NCBI GenBank assembly: GCA_964545665.1
Contig: CAZJGF010000001.1
Span: forward strand, 1-59,758
Direction: 5' to 3'
Source: an uncultured Dehalococcoidales bacterium
GTDB lineage: Bacteria; Chloroflexota; Dehalococcoidia; GIF9; AB-539-J10
Length of the DNA: 59,758 nt
Shown here one piece after another: positions 9,671 through 18,527 of this stretch (position 1 is its first letter; each line of letters opens with the position of its first letter). A model generated the notes under the pieces. It had not been told where the DNA came from, did no database searches, and saw nothing but the letters and a program-made list of their open reading frames with translations. Made by a program: the position numbers and the translations under genes.

Positions 9671-10918
9671 ATGAATAAGTCAAAGGTGATTCGGCTACCG
9701 CAAATGGAGTGGTATGGAGATACCGAGCTCGAGATAGATTTCCCTGGTTCCTGGGATGTAACTGTGTGTCACATGCATGGCCACGATGCTTCCCCGCTGG
9801 GCGAGGATGGAATCAGGAAAGCTTTTGCCAATCCCATCGGCACCAGGACCATAAAGGAGCTGGCTAAAGGAAAGAAAGAGGTTGTAATACTGTTTGACGA
9901 CATGTCACGGGCAACACCGACTGCAGTATTGATACCTTATGTTTTAGAGGAACTTGCCTCTGCTGGCATTCCCGACGATAATATCAGGTTCATTGCTGCC
10001 ATTGGGGCTCATGGCTCGATGAATGGCATAGACTTCAGAAAGAAGCTGGGAGACGAGGTGATGGGTAGATTTCTGGTTTACAATCATAATCCTTATGAGA
10101 ACTGTACTCCACTTGGAATGAGCAGCCGGGGCATACCGATATCTATCAATAGCGAGGTAATGTGTTGCGACCTTAAGATTGGCATTGGCTCCATCGTACC
10201 GCACCCAATGAGTGGCTATGGTGGTGGCAGCAAGATAATTCTCCCCGGAGTTGCCTCCATAGAGACCATAGATTCCAATCACACAAGGCTTGCACTTTCT
10301 CCGACAACTGGCATAGGCAAGTACGAAGGCAACATATTGAAACAGGACATGGATGAAGCAGCCAGAATGGCAGGGCTTGACGTCAAGGTAGATGCCATTC
10401 TTAACCTAAAAAGAGAGGTAACGGCTCTTTTTGTTGGTGACCCTATTGAGGAACACGCAGAGGGAGTGAAATTAGCCAGGGAGCGCTATGCCACGGATAT
10501 GGTTACCGATTGTGATATCGTCATTGCTAACTGCTATTCCAAGGCGAACGAGATGGTTCTTGCTCCTGCGGTAGCATCTCCGTTCTTGTCTCAGAAGGGC
10601 GGCGACATGGTAGTCATAGTAGTCACTCCAGAAGGACAGATAAATCATTACTGGGGTAGGAGCTTTGGGAAGAGGTTTGCTGGCAGGGGCTGGGTCCGCA
10701 GGACAAGTCTGCCCCGTAACACCGAGCGACTCTTTGTCATGGCACCCTACTCAGATAGGGTTGGTGGCGATTGGGTAGCACCGTACAGCTCTATCAATTG
10801 GACAAAAACATGGGCTGAAGTAATCCAGGAGCTCAAGAACAGATATGGTGATAAAGCAAAGGTAGCGGTGATACCGGATGCAACGATACAGTACTTTCCT
10901 GATGCCCTGAAGCCATGA
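9671..10918 (+). CDS. LarA-like (lactate-racemase family, nickel-pincer-dependent 2-hydroxyacid racemase/epimerase homolog)
   Basis: 415 aa with the Lar_N pattern: FDDMSRATP, IGAHGSM, and PHPMSGYGGGSKIILPG. The last block carries the Lys that tethers the nickel-pincer cofactor in LarA, followed by a conserved His (NHTRL). Confidence 0.75.
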   Translation: MNKSKVIRLPQMEWYGDTELEIDFPGSWDVTVCHMHGHDASPLGEDGIRKAFANPIGTRTIKELAKGKKEVVILFDDMSRATPTAVLIPYVLEELASAGIPDDNIRFIAAIGAHGSMNGIDFRKKLGDEVMGRFLVYNHNPYENCTPLGMSSRGIPISINSEVMCCDLKIGIGSIVPHPMSGYGGGSKIILPGVASIETIDSNHTRLALSPTTGIGKYEGNILKQDMDEAARMAGLDVKVDAILNLKREVTALFVGDPIEEHAEGVKLARERYATDMVTDCDIVIANCYSKANEMVLAPAVASPFLSQKGGDMVVIVVTPEGQINHYWGRSFGKRFAGRGWVRRTSLPRNTERLFVMAPYSDRVGGDWVAPYSSINWTKTWAEVIQELKNRYGDKAKVAVIPDATIQYFPDALKP

Positions 10919-10985
10919 GGAGAGCCTTCTTCGAGCTCAGGGTGCACTGCTAAGCAATTTCTAAAGGAAGGAGATACGTGAGTCA

Positions 10986-12218
10986 ATGGTAACTAAGAAG
11001 GAACCTTGGAAATCGGACAATTGGTTTGTTAGCCCGTGGAATTTCTTGGAGGAGGTAACTAGGGATTTTCATCCTCCCAGGCAGGTGAGGGTTCATGACA
11101 TTACCCTGCGTGATGGAGAGCAGCAGGCGGGCATCATATTCAGAAAGGACGACAAAATACGCATCGCTGAGAAGCTAGCCGAGGCGGGTGTTCACCGCAT
11201 TGAAGCTGGTATGCCAGTTGTGTCCCCGCAGGATGAGGCTGCTATAAAGGAGATAGTGAAACGCCACTTGGGTCCTGAGATATTCTGTTTCTGCCGGTGC
11301 ATGGTAGATGATGTAGAGAGAGCAGTGGATTGTGGTGCGGCTGGTATTATCATTGAGATTCCTTGCTCCCAACATTTAATTGAGCACGCATATAGATGGC
11401 CCTTGGAGAAGGCTATTGAGCTTCCCGTTAAGGCAACTCAATTTGCCAAGGAACAGGGGCTGTATACGGTTTTCTTCACTATTGATGCCACCAGATCGGA
11501 TATGGACTGGTATCTGAACCTCATAGAAAGGGTGGCCAAGGAAGGTCACATGGATGCACTGGCTCTAGTGGATACCTTTGGCGTACTCTCGCCGCAGGGT
11601 GCTTTCTACTATACAAAGACTGTTAAGGAAAGGATTAATAAGCCGCTGGAAATACATTTTCACAATACCTTTGGCATGGCCACGGCTAACACGATAATGT
11701 CGGTACTTGCTGGAGGAGAGGTAATTCACTCTACAGTTACCGGGATCGGTGAGGGCCCCGGTAATTGCCCTATGATTGATACACTCATGGCGCTGTTGAT
11801 ACTGTATGGCATAGATGTAGGCATCAAGTATGACAAGCTGACCGAACTTGCTGAGCTGGTAGATGACCTTGCCGGTGTGCCGGCTAACCGACCCTTTGTG
11901 GGAGATGGAGTCAATGATATAGAATCTGGAATCGTTGCCAGCTGGTATAGGAATAGCTATGAGCAGTACCCAACGGGGATAACTCCTATTCTTCCTAGGG
12001 TTGTAGGCCATAGGGCACCTAAGGTATTGATGGGGAAGAAAAGTGGACTGGATTCCATAGCCATATGGGCGGACAAGCTAGGCATTGAGCTTACCAAGGA
12101 GGAAATAGAGGGAGTTCTACGCCGGGTTAAACAACGGTCACATGACCTTAAGCGGCTGTTGAGTGAGAGCGAATTTCGAGAAATCGCCTTGGCTGTGAAG
12201 GCTAACAGCAAGGGTTAA
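10986..12218 (+). CDS. HMGL-like (pyruvate carboxyltransferase) domain protein, LeuA/NifV/4-hydroxy-2-oxoacid-aldolase superfamily
   Basis: ITLRDGEQQAG motif at the start of a TIM barrel, and HFHNTFGMATANT metal-binding block. 410 aa with no recognisable LeuA regulatory domain. Confidence 0.75.
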   Translation: MVTKKEPWKSDNWFVSPWNFLEEVTRDFHPPRQVRVHDITLRDGEQQAGIIFRKDDKIRIAEKLAEAGVHRIEAGMPVVSPQDEAAIKEIVKRHLGPEIFCFCRCMVDDVERAVDCGAAGIIIEIPCSQHLIEHAYRWPLEKAIELPVKATQFAKEQGLYTVFFTIDATRSDMDWYLNLIERVAKEGHMDALALVDTFGVLSPQGAFYYTKTVKERINKPLEIHFHNTFGMATANTIMSVLAGGEVIHSTVTGIGEGPGNCPMIDTLMALLILYGIDVGIKYDKLTELAELVDDLAGVPANRPFVGDGVNDIESGIVASWYRNSYEQYPTGITPILPRVVGHRAPKVLMGKKSGLDSIAIWADKLGIELTKEEIEGVLRRVKQRSHDLKRLLSESEFREIALAVKANSKG

Positions 12219-12346
12219 ACATTCTGTTATGATCTATTTTCTCTTTCCATAGGAAGAAGGGGGCAATTATTGGGTAAAAGAGCAACGAAGATGGGCAGGC
12301 GTCTGGACTAACAAGTACAAAATAGAGCAAAGGAGGCTAAAGAGAA

Positions 12347-12892
12347 GTGATAGAAGAAAAGGATGCAAAGAAGTTGATTGAAAAGGCATACAAGCTAGGT
12401 TACGAATATGAGAATGTTTACAGGGGCTGTGGCCAGTGTGCGCTAGCTGCGCTTCAGGATACCTTTGACATGAGGGATGATGCTACCTTTAAGGCGATGA
12501 CTGGCTACGCTGGCGGAGGTGGAACAGCCGGTGATGCTGGGTGCGGTGCTTATGTGGCAGGGGTTCTGTTTCTGAGCATGCTGAAGGGGAGAGAAAGGGA
12601 CAATTTTGCCGATCCTGAGCGTGTCCGGTTTGAAAGCTTTGCGCTAGCCAGAAAGCTACATGATAAACTCATCGCCGAATACGGCACCGTTATATGTAGG
12701 GACATTCATCAGAAACTCTTTGGGCGCCCTTACTACATGCCTGACCCAGATGAATTTGCCAAGTTTGATGCTGCTGGGGCACACACTACAGTTTGTACGG
12801 AAGTATGTGGCAAAGTGGCAAGGTGGACTGCTGAGATTGCGATACAGGAGAACTTGTTACCGGAGGAGAAGCTTAGTAAGCTGGTAAAGTAA
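12347..12892 (+). CDS. C_GCAxxG_C_C family putative redox-active protein (copy 2)
   Basis: GCGQCALAAL ... AGCGAYVAGVLFLS ... VCTEVCGKVARWTAE. It is collinear with the copy at 4300. GTG start 9 nt after AAAGGAGG. Confidence 0.7.
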   Translation: MIEEKDAKKLIEKAYKLGYEYENVYRGCGQCALAALQDTFDMRDDATFKAMTGYAGGGGTAGDAGCGAYVAGVLFLSMLKGRERDNFADPERVRFESFALARKLHDKLIAEYGTVICRDIHQKLFGRPYYMPDPDEFAKFDAAGAHTTVCTEVCGKVARWTAEIAIQENLLPEEKLSKLVK

Positions 12893-12893
12893 A

Positions 12894-13847
12894 ATGGGGA
12901 AGAATCTGATAACTGGGGGGTTTGGTTTCATTGGATATCATTTAGCTAAGCTGTTGCTGGATGAAGGTGAGGAGGTAGTGCTATTTGACGTGGCTTCTGA
13001 TTCAAGGCTTGCTCAGGGCGTCAAGAGTAGCGTGACGATTGTCCGTGGAGACTTGAGCAACTGGGTGCATGTGCTCGACGCGGTGAAGGATAACGACATC
13101 AGTTGTATATACCATGCTGGAGCTCTACTGCCGCCTATCAGTGAGCAAAGCCCTGCTACAGCTTACGCCGTAAATGTTACCGGCACTTTTAACGTACTGG
13201 AGGCCGCCCGCCTACTTGGTGTAGGTAGCGTTATCTATCCTAGCACGCTGGCTACGTTCGGTTTAGATGTTCCTCGAATAGTACCCAATGATGCCCCGCA
13301 ACGACCGCCTAACATGTATGGTGTGACCAAAGTATGCAGTGAACGTCTTGGCGAGTACTACCATACCAGGTTTGGGGTCAACTTCCGTGCAGTTAGATTT
13401 ACTCCGATAATTGGTATGGGCCGGTTTGATAGGGCGCAAAGCGCTTATAACTACCTGGCTATACAGGAATCTGCTTTGGGGCGGCCCTACACCATCTATG
13501 TTGATGAATCAACCACGATAGCTCTGTTGTATGTAAAAGATGCAGTGCGGGGCTTAGTTGACCTAAAGAGAGCCGAGGAGGCGAAGCTAACGAGGCGCGT
13601 TTATAACTTATACGGGTTTTCAATTACAGCACAGCAGCTGGTTGGTAGTGTGAGAAGATGTATACCCGAGGCACAGATAGACTTTAAGCCAGACCAATCA
13701 ATGATTAGACTGGTGAAGAACTTGCCTGAGAAGCTGGATGATACTTTGGCTAGAGAGGATTGGGGGTGGTCTCCTCGTTACTCTCTTGATCAGGCGGTGG
13801 AGAATTTCATAGGGGAGGTTCGAGCTAATAGGGCTATTTACGAGTGA
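12894..13847 (+). CDS. NAD-dependent epimerase/dehydratase family protein (extended SDR), copy 2
   Basis: GGFGFIG, YGVTKV and DWGWSPRYSL motifs. It is collinear with 5866-6846 along its full length. Confidence 0.8.
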   Translation: MGKNLITGGFGFIGYHLAKLLLDEGEEVVLFDVASDSRLAQGVKSSVTIVRGDLSNWVHVLDAVKDNDISCIYHAGALLPPISEQSPATAYAVNVTGTFNVLEAARLLGVGSVIYPSTLATFGLDVPRIVPNDAPQRPPNMYGVTKVCSERLGEYYHTRFGVNFRAVRFTPIIGMGRFDRAQSAYNYLAIQESALGRPYTIYVDESTTIALLYVKDAVRGLVDLKRAEEAKLTRRVYNLYGFSITAQQLVGSVRRCIPEAQIDFKPDQSMIRLVKNLPEKLDDTLAREDWGWSPRYSLDQAVENFIGEVRANRAIYE

Positions 13848-13857
13848 AGGAGGGAAA

Positions 13858-14622
13858 ATGAGACTAAGTGGTAAAGTTGCTCTGGTGACTGGAGCAGGAA
13901 GGGGCATTGGCCTAGCAATAGCTTTGGGGCTTGCCAGGGAAGGTGCTGATGTGGCTGTAAATGCTGCACATCTATCATCTGCCGAGGGAACTGCCGAAGC
14001 CATAAAGCAGCTAGGGCGAAGAGCTATTGCTATAGAAGCCGATGTGGCTGAGGCGAATCAGGTTGACAAGATGGTAAATAGAGTAATCAACGAGCTTGGC
14101 GGTATACATATCTTGGTAAACAATGCCGGCGTTAATCTGGAGATTGTTCCCACAGTGGAACAATCCCTGGAGAAGTGGGACAGGACAATGGGCGTTAATG
14201 TACGCGGCGTTTATCTCTGTTGCCGACAAGCAGCGCAGTGGATGATAGCTCACGAGGTGGGGAAAATCATCAACATCGCTTCAAATTTTGGCATGAGTGG
14301 TTTTCCCATGCGCACCGCTTATTCGCCATCTAAAGCAGCGGTAATAAATATGACCAAGGACTTGGCAGCAGAGTGGGGTAAATACAGTATCAACGTGAAT
14401 TGCATAGCCCCGGGATACACTATGACTGATATGATTAAGAATTGGATAGCCCAAGGCAAGTTCGACCTGGAAACTCTACAGAGGCGGACTCCTCTTGGGA
14501 GATTGGCCACGCCTGATGATATTGCCAATGCAGCCGTGTTCTTGGCATCTGATGAGGCCAAGAGCATAACCGGGGTAACTTTGCCCGTGGACGGCGGGTG
14601 GATAGCCTATGGGTATATATAA
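13858..14622 (+). CDS. Classical short-chain dehydrogenase/reductase, copy 2
   Basis: TGAGRGIG, NNAG and YSPSKAA motifs. It is clearly paralogous to 4970-5743 and shares the C-terminal ITGVTLPVDGGW. Confidence 0.9.
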   Translation: MRLSGKVALVTGAGRGIGLAIALGLAREGADVAVNAAHLSSAEGTAEAIKQLGRRAIAIEADVAEANQVDKMVNRVINELGGIHILVNNAGVNLEIVPTVEQSLEKWDRTMGVNVRGVYLCCRQAAQWMIAHEVGKIINIASNFGMSGFPMRTAYSPSKAAVINMTKDLAAEWGKYSINVNCIAPGYTMTDMIKNWIAQGKFDLETLQRRTPLGRLATPDDIANAAVFLASDEAKSITGVTLPVDGGWIAYGYI

Positions 14623-14684
14623 CCAGTCTTTCAGCTTCTTAGTATTAGCCTAAGGTGCTCCCAATTTCAGCAAGGAGGTAGAGG

Positions 14685-15527
14685 ATGTCGAAGACTGTAA
14701 GGGTGGGCCTTATTCAAGCCAAGTGGGAAGGCGATGTGGAGGCAATGGTTCAGAAGCATGAGAGAATGATCGACGAGGCAGCGGATAAGGCTGTCCAGAT
14801 CCTCTGTCTCCAGGAATTGTTCTTTGCACCCTATTTTCCTGCCGAGCAAGATGCAAAGTGGTATGAACTTGCTGAGCCAATACCGGGACCGATAACCAAT
14901 AGGATGCAGGAAAAGGCAAAAAAGCACAGGATAGCTCTAATAGTACCTACCTACGAAAAGGAGATGACCGGAGTTTACTACAATACTTCAGTTATTTTCG
15001 ATGCTGACGGTAAGATGTTAGGCAAGTATAGGAAAAATCATCTACCCCACAATCTTCCAGGTTTTTGGGAAAAGTTCTACTTTAAGCCAGGCAATTTGGG
15101 GTACCCTGTGTTCAATACGAGGTATGCCAAGGTTGGAGTATACCTCTGCTACGACAGGCATTTCCCAGAAGGAGCGCGGATTTTGGGCTTGAATGGCGCA
15201 GAGATTGTCTTTAACCCTTCAGCAACGGTCGCAGGTCTTTCAAAGTACTTGTGGGAACTTGAGCAACCTGCCCATGCCGTAGCTAACGGGTACTTTGTCG
15301 CACCTGTTAATAGAGTGGGAATAGAAGAACCTTGGAATATCGGGAAATTCTATGGATCTAGCTATATCTGTAATCCAAGAGGCGAGATCATAGCTAAAGG
15401 GTCTGAAGATAGAGACGAGATAGTTGTTGCCGACGTTGACCTAGATATGATTAGGGAGGTAAGGCATATCTGGGAATTCTATAGGGATAGGAGACCTGAA
15501 ACCTACGGCAAGCTGGTGGAATTATGA
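14685..15527 (+). CDS. Carbon-nitrogen hydrolase (nitrilase superfamily, beta-ureidopropionase / N-carbamoyl amidase-like)
   Basis: Glu-Lys-Cys triad context: CLQELF (Glu), YRKNHLP (Lys), GVYLCYDRHFPE (Cys). 280 aa. Confidence 0.85.
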   Translation: MSKTVRVGLIQAKWEGDVEAMVQKHERMIDEAADKAVQILCLQELFFAPYFPAEQDAKWYELAEPIPGPITNRMQEKAKKHRIALIVPTYEKEMTGVYYNTSVIFDADGKMLGKYRKNHLPHNLPGFWEKFYFKPGNLGYPVFNTRYAKVGVYLCYDRHFPEGARILGLNGAEIVFNPSATVAGLSKYLWELEQPAHAVANGYFVAPVNRVGIEEPWNIGKFYGSSYICNPRGEIIAKGSEDRDEIVVADVDLDMIREVRHIWEFYRDRRPETYGKLVEL

Positions 15528-15549
15528 AACAGCCACAAGGGGATGAGAC

Positions 15550-17058
15550 ATGGCGTTGAAAGGGTTTACCCGCAACTTCAGGCCTCTGAAGTTGCTGACT
15601 GATGAGGAAGTTGAGGCGATTCACCGGGGGACTTTAGAGGTTCTTTGGAAGACAGGCATCAGGATGGAGCATGAGAGGGCGTTAAAGCTACTGGAGAGGA
15701 ATGGTTGTAAGGTAGATTACCATGAAATGAGGGTGAGGATTCCACCGGCTCTGGTTGAGGAGTCTCTGCGTAAAACTCCCAGCAGCTTTCATGCCTTGGC
15801 AAGGGACGACAAACACAGCTTGATGCTAGGAGGTAATAACCTTTACTTCGCCCCGGCACCCGGGCAGCAGACTGTGGACCTTGATACCTGGGAGCCTCGG
15901 GTGCCAACAAGAAAAGAGTATTATGACGGTGTAACTGTGCTGGATGCATTGCCTACCGTTCATTTCTTCTGTCCTTACACACCATACTTTGGGTTTGAGG
16001 GCGTTCCCCCGTGCATGGCGATGCCAGAGAGTCTTGCTGCCAGGGTAAGGAATTCCACCAAGTTCCAAGGTGTAGGTTTCTCCAATGACTCGGAAATATT
16101 TGCCATAAAAATGGCCCAAGCAGTGGGGATAGAAATCATGGGCACCTGTGCCTTTGCGCCGCCTTTGACCGTTTTCGGGGACGCTGTCGAATCCGCATAC
16201 AGGTTTGCTGAAGCTGGACTCCCTATGCGCATCATCAGTGGTCAGGTGATGGGTGGGACTGGGCCAGCCACAATCGCTGGAGGAGTAATAACCAACAATG
16301 CTGAAGTCATCGCTGGGGTAGTACTGGCGCAGTTGATAAAGCCAGGGACAAGAGTGTTGGTTAAGGACTTTTCATGTTCCATGAATATGAACACGGGAGC
16401 TCCTGCTTTTGGCGGTATAGAAGCTTGCTTACATAACGCGGCATCCAATCAAATCTTCCAAAGATATGGTGTCCCTATAGATAATTGCACTGGCTATCCC
16501 AACTCAAAGAGGCCAGATTACCAATGTGGCTATGAGAAAGCCTCTCGCCTTTTAGTGGCTGCTCTATCTGGAGCAAATACGCTGCTACTGCATGGCAGTG
16601 TATATGGCGAAATCACACATCACCCCATCCAGGCCATATTGGACGATGATTTGGCTGGCATGGTGGGACGTTTCATGGAAGGTGTTAGTGTAAACGATGA
16701 AACGTTGGCAATAGACCTAATAGAGGAGGTTGGGCCAATTCCAGGACATTTTCTGAACAAGGCACATACCCGAAAGTGGTGGAAGCTGGAGCAATTTGTG
16801 CCCAGGGCAGCCGATAGGCTGACTTATCCTGAATGGATGAAGAGTGGGAAGAAGAGTTGTCTTGATTATGCCAGAGAGAGGATGGAAGAGATACTGGCAG
16901 CACATAGGCCAGCCCCCCTGACTCCCGGTCAGGAGGAGGATGTGGAGAGGATACTGGAAGAGGCAAGGAAGTATTACAGGGAGAAGGGCCTGATATCAGA
17001 AGATGAGATGGCGAGATATAGAGACAGCATGAAATCAGCTAATTACCCGTATGAGTAG
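15550..17058 (+). CDS. MttB-superfamily methyltransferase, non-pyrrolysine type (quaternary-amine:corrinoid methyltransferase candidate)
   Basis: 502-aa uninterrupted ORF with an MttB-type N-terminus (LTDEEVEAIHRGTLEVLWKTGIRMEHERALKLLERNGCKVD). It has no in-frame TAG. Confidence 0.85.
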   Translation: MALKGFTRNFRPLKLLTDEEVEAIHRGTLEVLWKTGIRMEHERALKLLERNGCKVDYHEMRVRIPPALVEESLRKTPSSFHALARDDKHSLMLGGNNLYFAPAPGQQTVDLDTWEPRVPTRKEYYDGVTVLDALPTVHFFCPYTPYFGFEGVPPCMAMPESLAARVRNSTKFQGVGFSNDSEIFAIKMAQAVGIEIMGTCAFAPPLTVFGDAVESAYRFAEAGLPMRIISGQVMGGTGPATIAGGVITNNAEVIAGVVLAQLIKPGTRVLVKDFSCSMNMNTGAPAFGGIEACLHNAASNQIFQRYGVPIDNCTGYPNSKRPDYQCGYEKASRLLVAALSGANTLLLHGSVYGEITHHPIQAILDDDLAGMVGRFMEGVSVNDETLAIDLIEEVGPIPGHFLNKAHTRKWWKLEQFVPRAADRLTYPEWMKSGKKSCLDYARERMEEILAAHRPAPLTPGQEEDVERILEEARKYYREKGLISEDEMARYRDSMKSANYPYE

Positions 17059-17095
17059 CAGGATTTAGCTGAGTGAAGGCAAGTTGAATTTCAAA

Positions 17096-17134
17096 GATAT
17101 CTGGGAGAAAATGGCTTGCAACAGGAGAAGATGT
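17096..17134 (+). repeat. Intergenic repeat, copy B (direct repeat of 8018-8056)
   Basis: See copy A. It lies between the mttB-family stop and the 3' side of the transposase relic. Confidence 0.5.
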
Positions 17135-17170
17135 GGAACGGAACGGGCGCCTGTTGCGTCACAAATCATG

Positions 17171-17521
17171 TTACCCAAGCCTTAATAAGCTTTGAGCTTC
17201 CTTTGTTGATGGAAGGGGCGTTCGGCCAAGACTGACAAACAATTGGAAGCCTTCGGTGCTCCCACCGCAGTGGGACACCAAGTCTGCTTCGAGAAAGCCA
17301 GGACGCTCATCCTGCCAGTCAGCGAAGGTTCCGATAGGTATTGCGCTTTTCAGCTAGCTTCCTGGCTTGGTAGCAGTAAAGGAGCGACGCCCACCAAGTC
17401 GCCCATAGGGGCGCAAGAGCTGATCGATGGTTGAAGGGCTTGTCTGACATGACTCGGCTTCCATCTCAGCAGCCATGGCACTTGTTAAAACACATCCAGA
17501 ATCTGTCCTTTCTCTCCTTCT
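17171..17521 (-). pseudogene. Relic of a DDE-type (rve-like) transposase/integrase: N-terminal fragment with an in-frame stop
   Basis: The minus-strand frame reads ...SPSTIDQLLRPYGRLGGRRSFTATKPGS*LKSAIPIGTFADWQDERPGFLEADLVSHCGGSTEGF.... That is the conserved N-terminal and first catalytic-Asp region of this transposase type. There is an in-frame TAG at 17354-17356 and no remaining catalytic core. The + strand ORFs in the track here are antisense artefacts. Confidence 0.55.
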
Positions 17522-17661
17522 TCAAGGCTCGCAAATATCGCCCCCGTCTGCCTCGGTGTATTTGCCTATGCTGCCTCTTGTTATTTTGTTCCCTTTCAGT
17601 AACACTTTTTTGAGGCAACAATACCACTTTCGATAACAAAACTATGAAGCAACTGGTTCTC

Positions 17662-17690
17662 TTGATTTCCTTATTGCGGTAGGATACAAT
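17662..17690 (+). promoter_or_regulatory. Candidate sigma-70-type promoter for the Wood-Ljungdahl operon
   Basis: TTGATT (17662-17667), a 17-nt spacer, then TACAAT (17685-17690). The cooC ATG at 17705 has no Shine-Dalgarno sequence, so the transcript would have a very short leader or none. Confidence 0.4.
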
Positions 17691-17704
17691 CCTGTCTTTG
17701 CGAC

Positions 17705-18499
17705 ATGAAAATTGCTATTAGTGGCAAAGGAGGGGTGGGCAAAACACTGTTAGTGGCCTTCCTTTCCACTGTATTTGCTAAATCCGGCTATTCTGTCCTA
17801 GCGATAGACGCTGACCCCAACATTAACCTAGCGGCTGCTTTTGGCTTTCCTAACTCCGAGAAGATAGTACCTATATCCAAGATGGATGACCTTATCGAGG
17901 AAAGGACAGGAGCAAGACCTGGTCAAATGGCACCCTACTTCAGGCTAAATCCGAAAGTTGACGATTTGCCAGACAAATGCTCCCTAAGACGTGAAGGAAT
18001 TAAGATAATGGTCATGGGGCCGATTAAAGCAGCTGGCAGTGGTTGTTATTGCCCCGAAGGCGCTTTGCTTGAGGCCCTGGTTGCCCATTTGCTCCTCAAA
18101 GTAGATGAAGTGGTTATCTTAGATATGGAGGCTGGGATAGAGCATTTAACACGGGGGACAGCGAAGGGAGTAGATAAGCTGATTATAGTAGTGGAACCAA
18201 GTAGAAGAAGCGTTGAGACAGGCTATAGAGTAAGAGACTTAGCCCGAGAGATAGGTTTGCACAATATTGGGGTAGTGGGCAATAAGATTCGAAACGAGAA
18301 GGAAAAGGATTTCCTTATTTCCAGCATGGCGGACTTTGAATTCCTCGGATTCATCCCTTACGACGAAGGCGTAGCGGAGGCTGACATTACCGGTTTTCCC
18401 CTCATTGATTCTAGCAAAAGGGTTATGAGAGAGGTGGAGGACATTGCTGCTCGGCTTGGGGTTGTTAAATTGAAAACTGTTGGCGAGCTGGCAAGTTGA
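17705..18499 (+). CDS. cooC: CooC/AcsF-family Ni-insertion ATPase for CODH/ACS
   Basis: Deviant Walker A GKGGVGKT at the N-terminus and a CxC metal motif (GSGCYCPEG). 264 aa, at the head of the CODH/ACS operon. Confidence 0.85.
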   Translation: MKIAISGKGGVGKTLLVAFLSTVFAKSGYSVLAIDADPNINLAAAFGFPNSEKIVPISKMDDLIEERTGARPGQMAPYFRLNPKVDDLPDKCSLRREGIKIMVMGPIKAAGSGCYCPEGALLEALVAHLLLKVDEVVILDMEAGIEHLTRGTAKGVDKLIIVVEPSRRSVETGYRVRDLAREIGLHNIGVVGNKIRNEKEKDFLISSMADFEFLGFIPYDEGVAEADITGFPLIDSSKRVMREVEDIAARLGVVKLKTVGELAS

Positions 18500-18527
18500 A
18501 AATCACGAATTAAGGAAGGAGATTGCT

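Noticed and set aside
17354-17356. In-frame TAG in the transposase-like frame, close to an MttB-family gene. Could it be pyrrolysine?
   Set aside because: The MttB homolog itself has no amber codon, and no pyl genes are visible. The transposase fragment also lacks its catalytic core and start context, so the TAG is best read as a pseudogene lesion.
17243-17613. Plus-strand ORFs 17243-17434 and 17431-17613 in the gap between the mttB-family gene and cooC.
   Set aside because: They are antisense to the recognisable transposase relic and have no RBS or motif.
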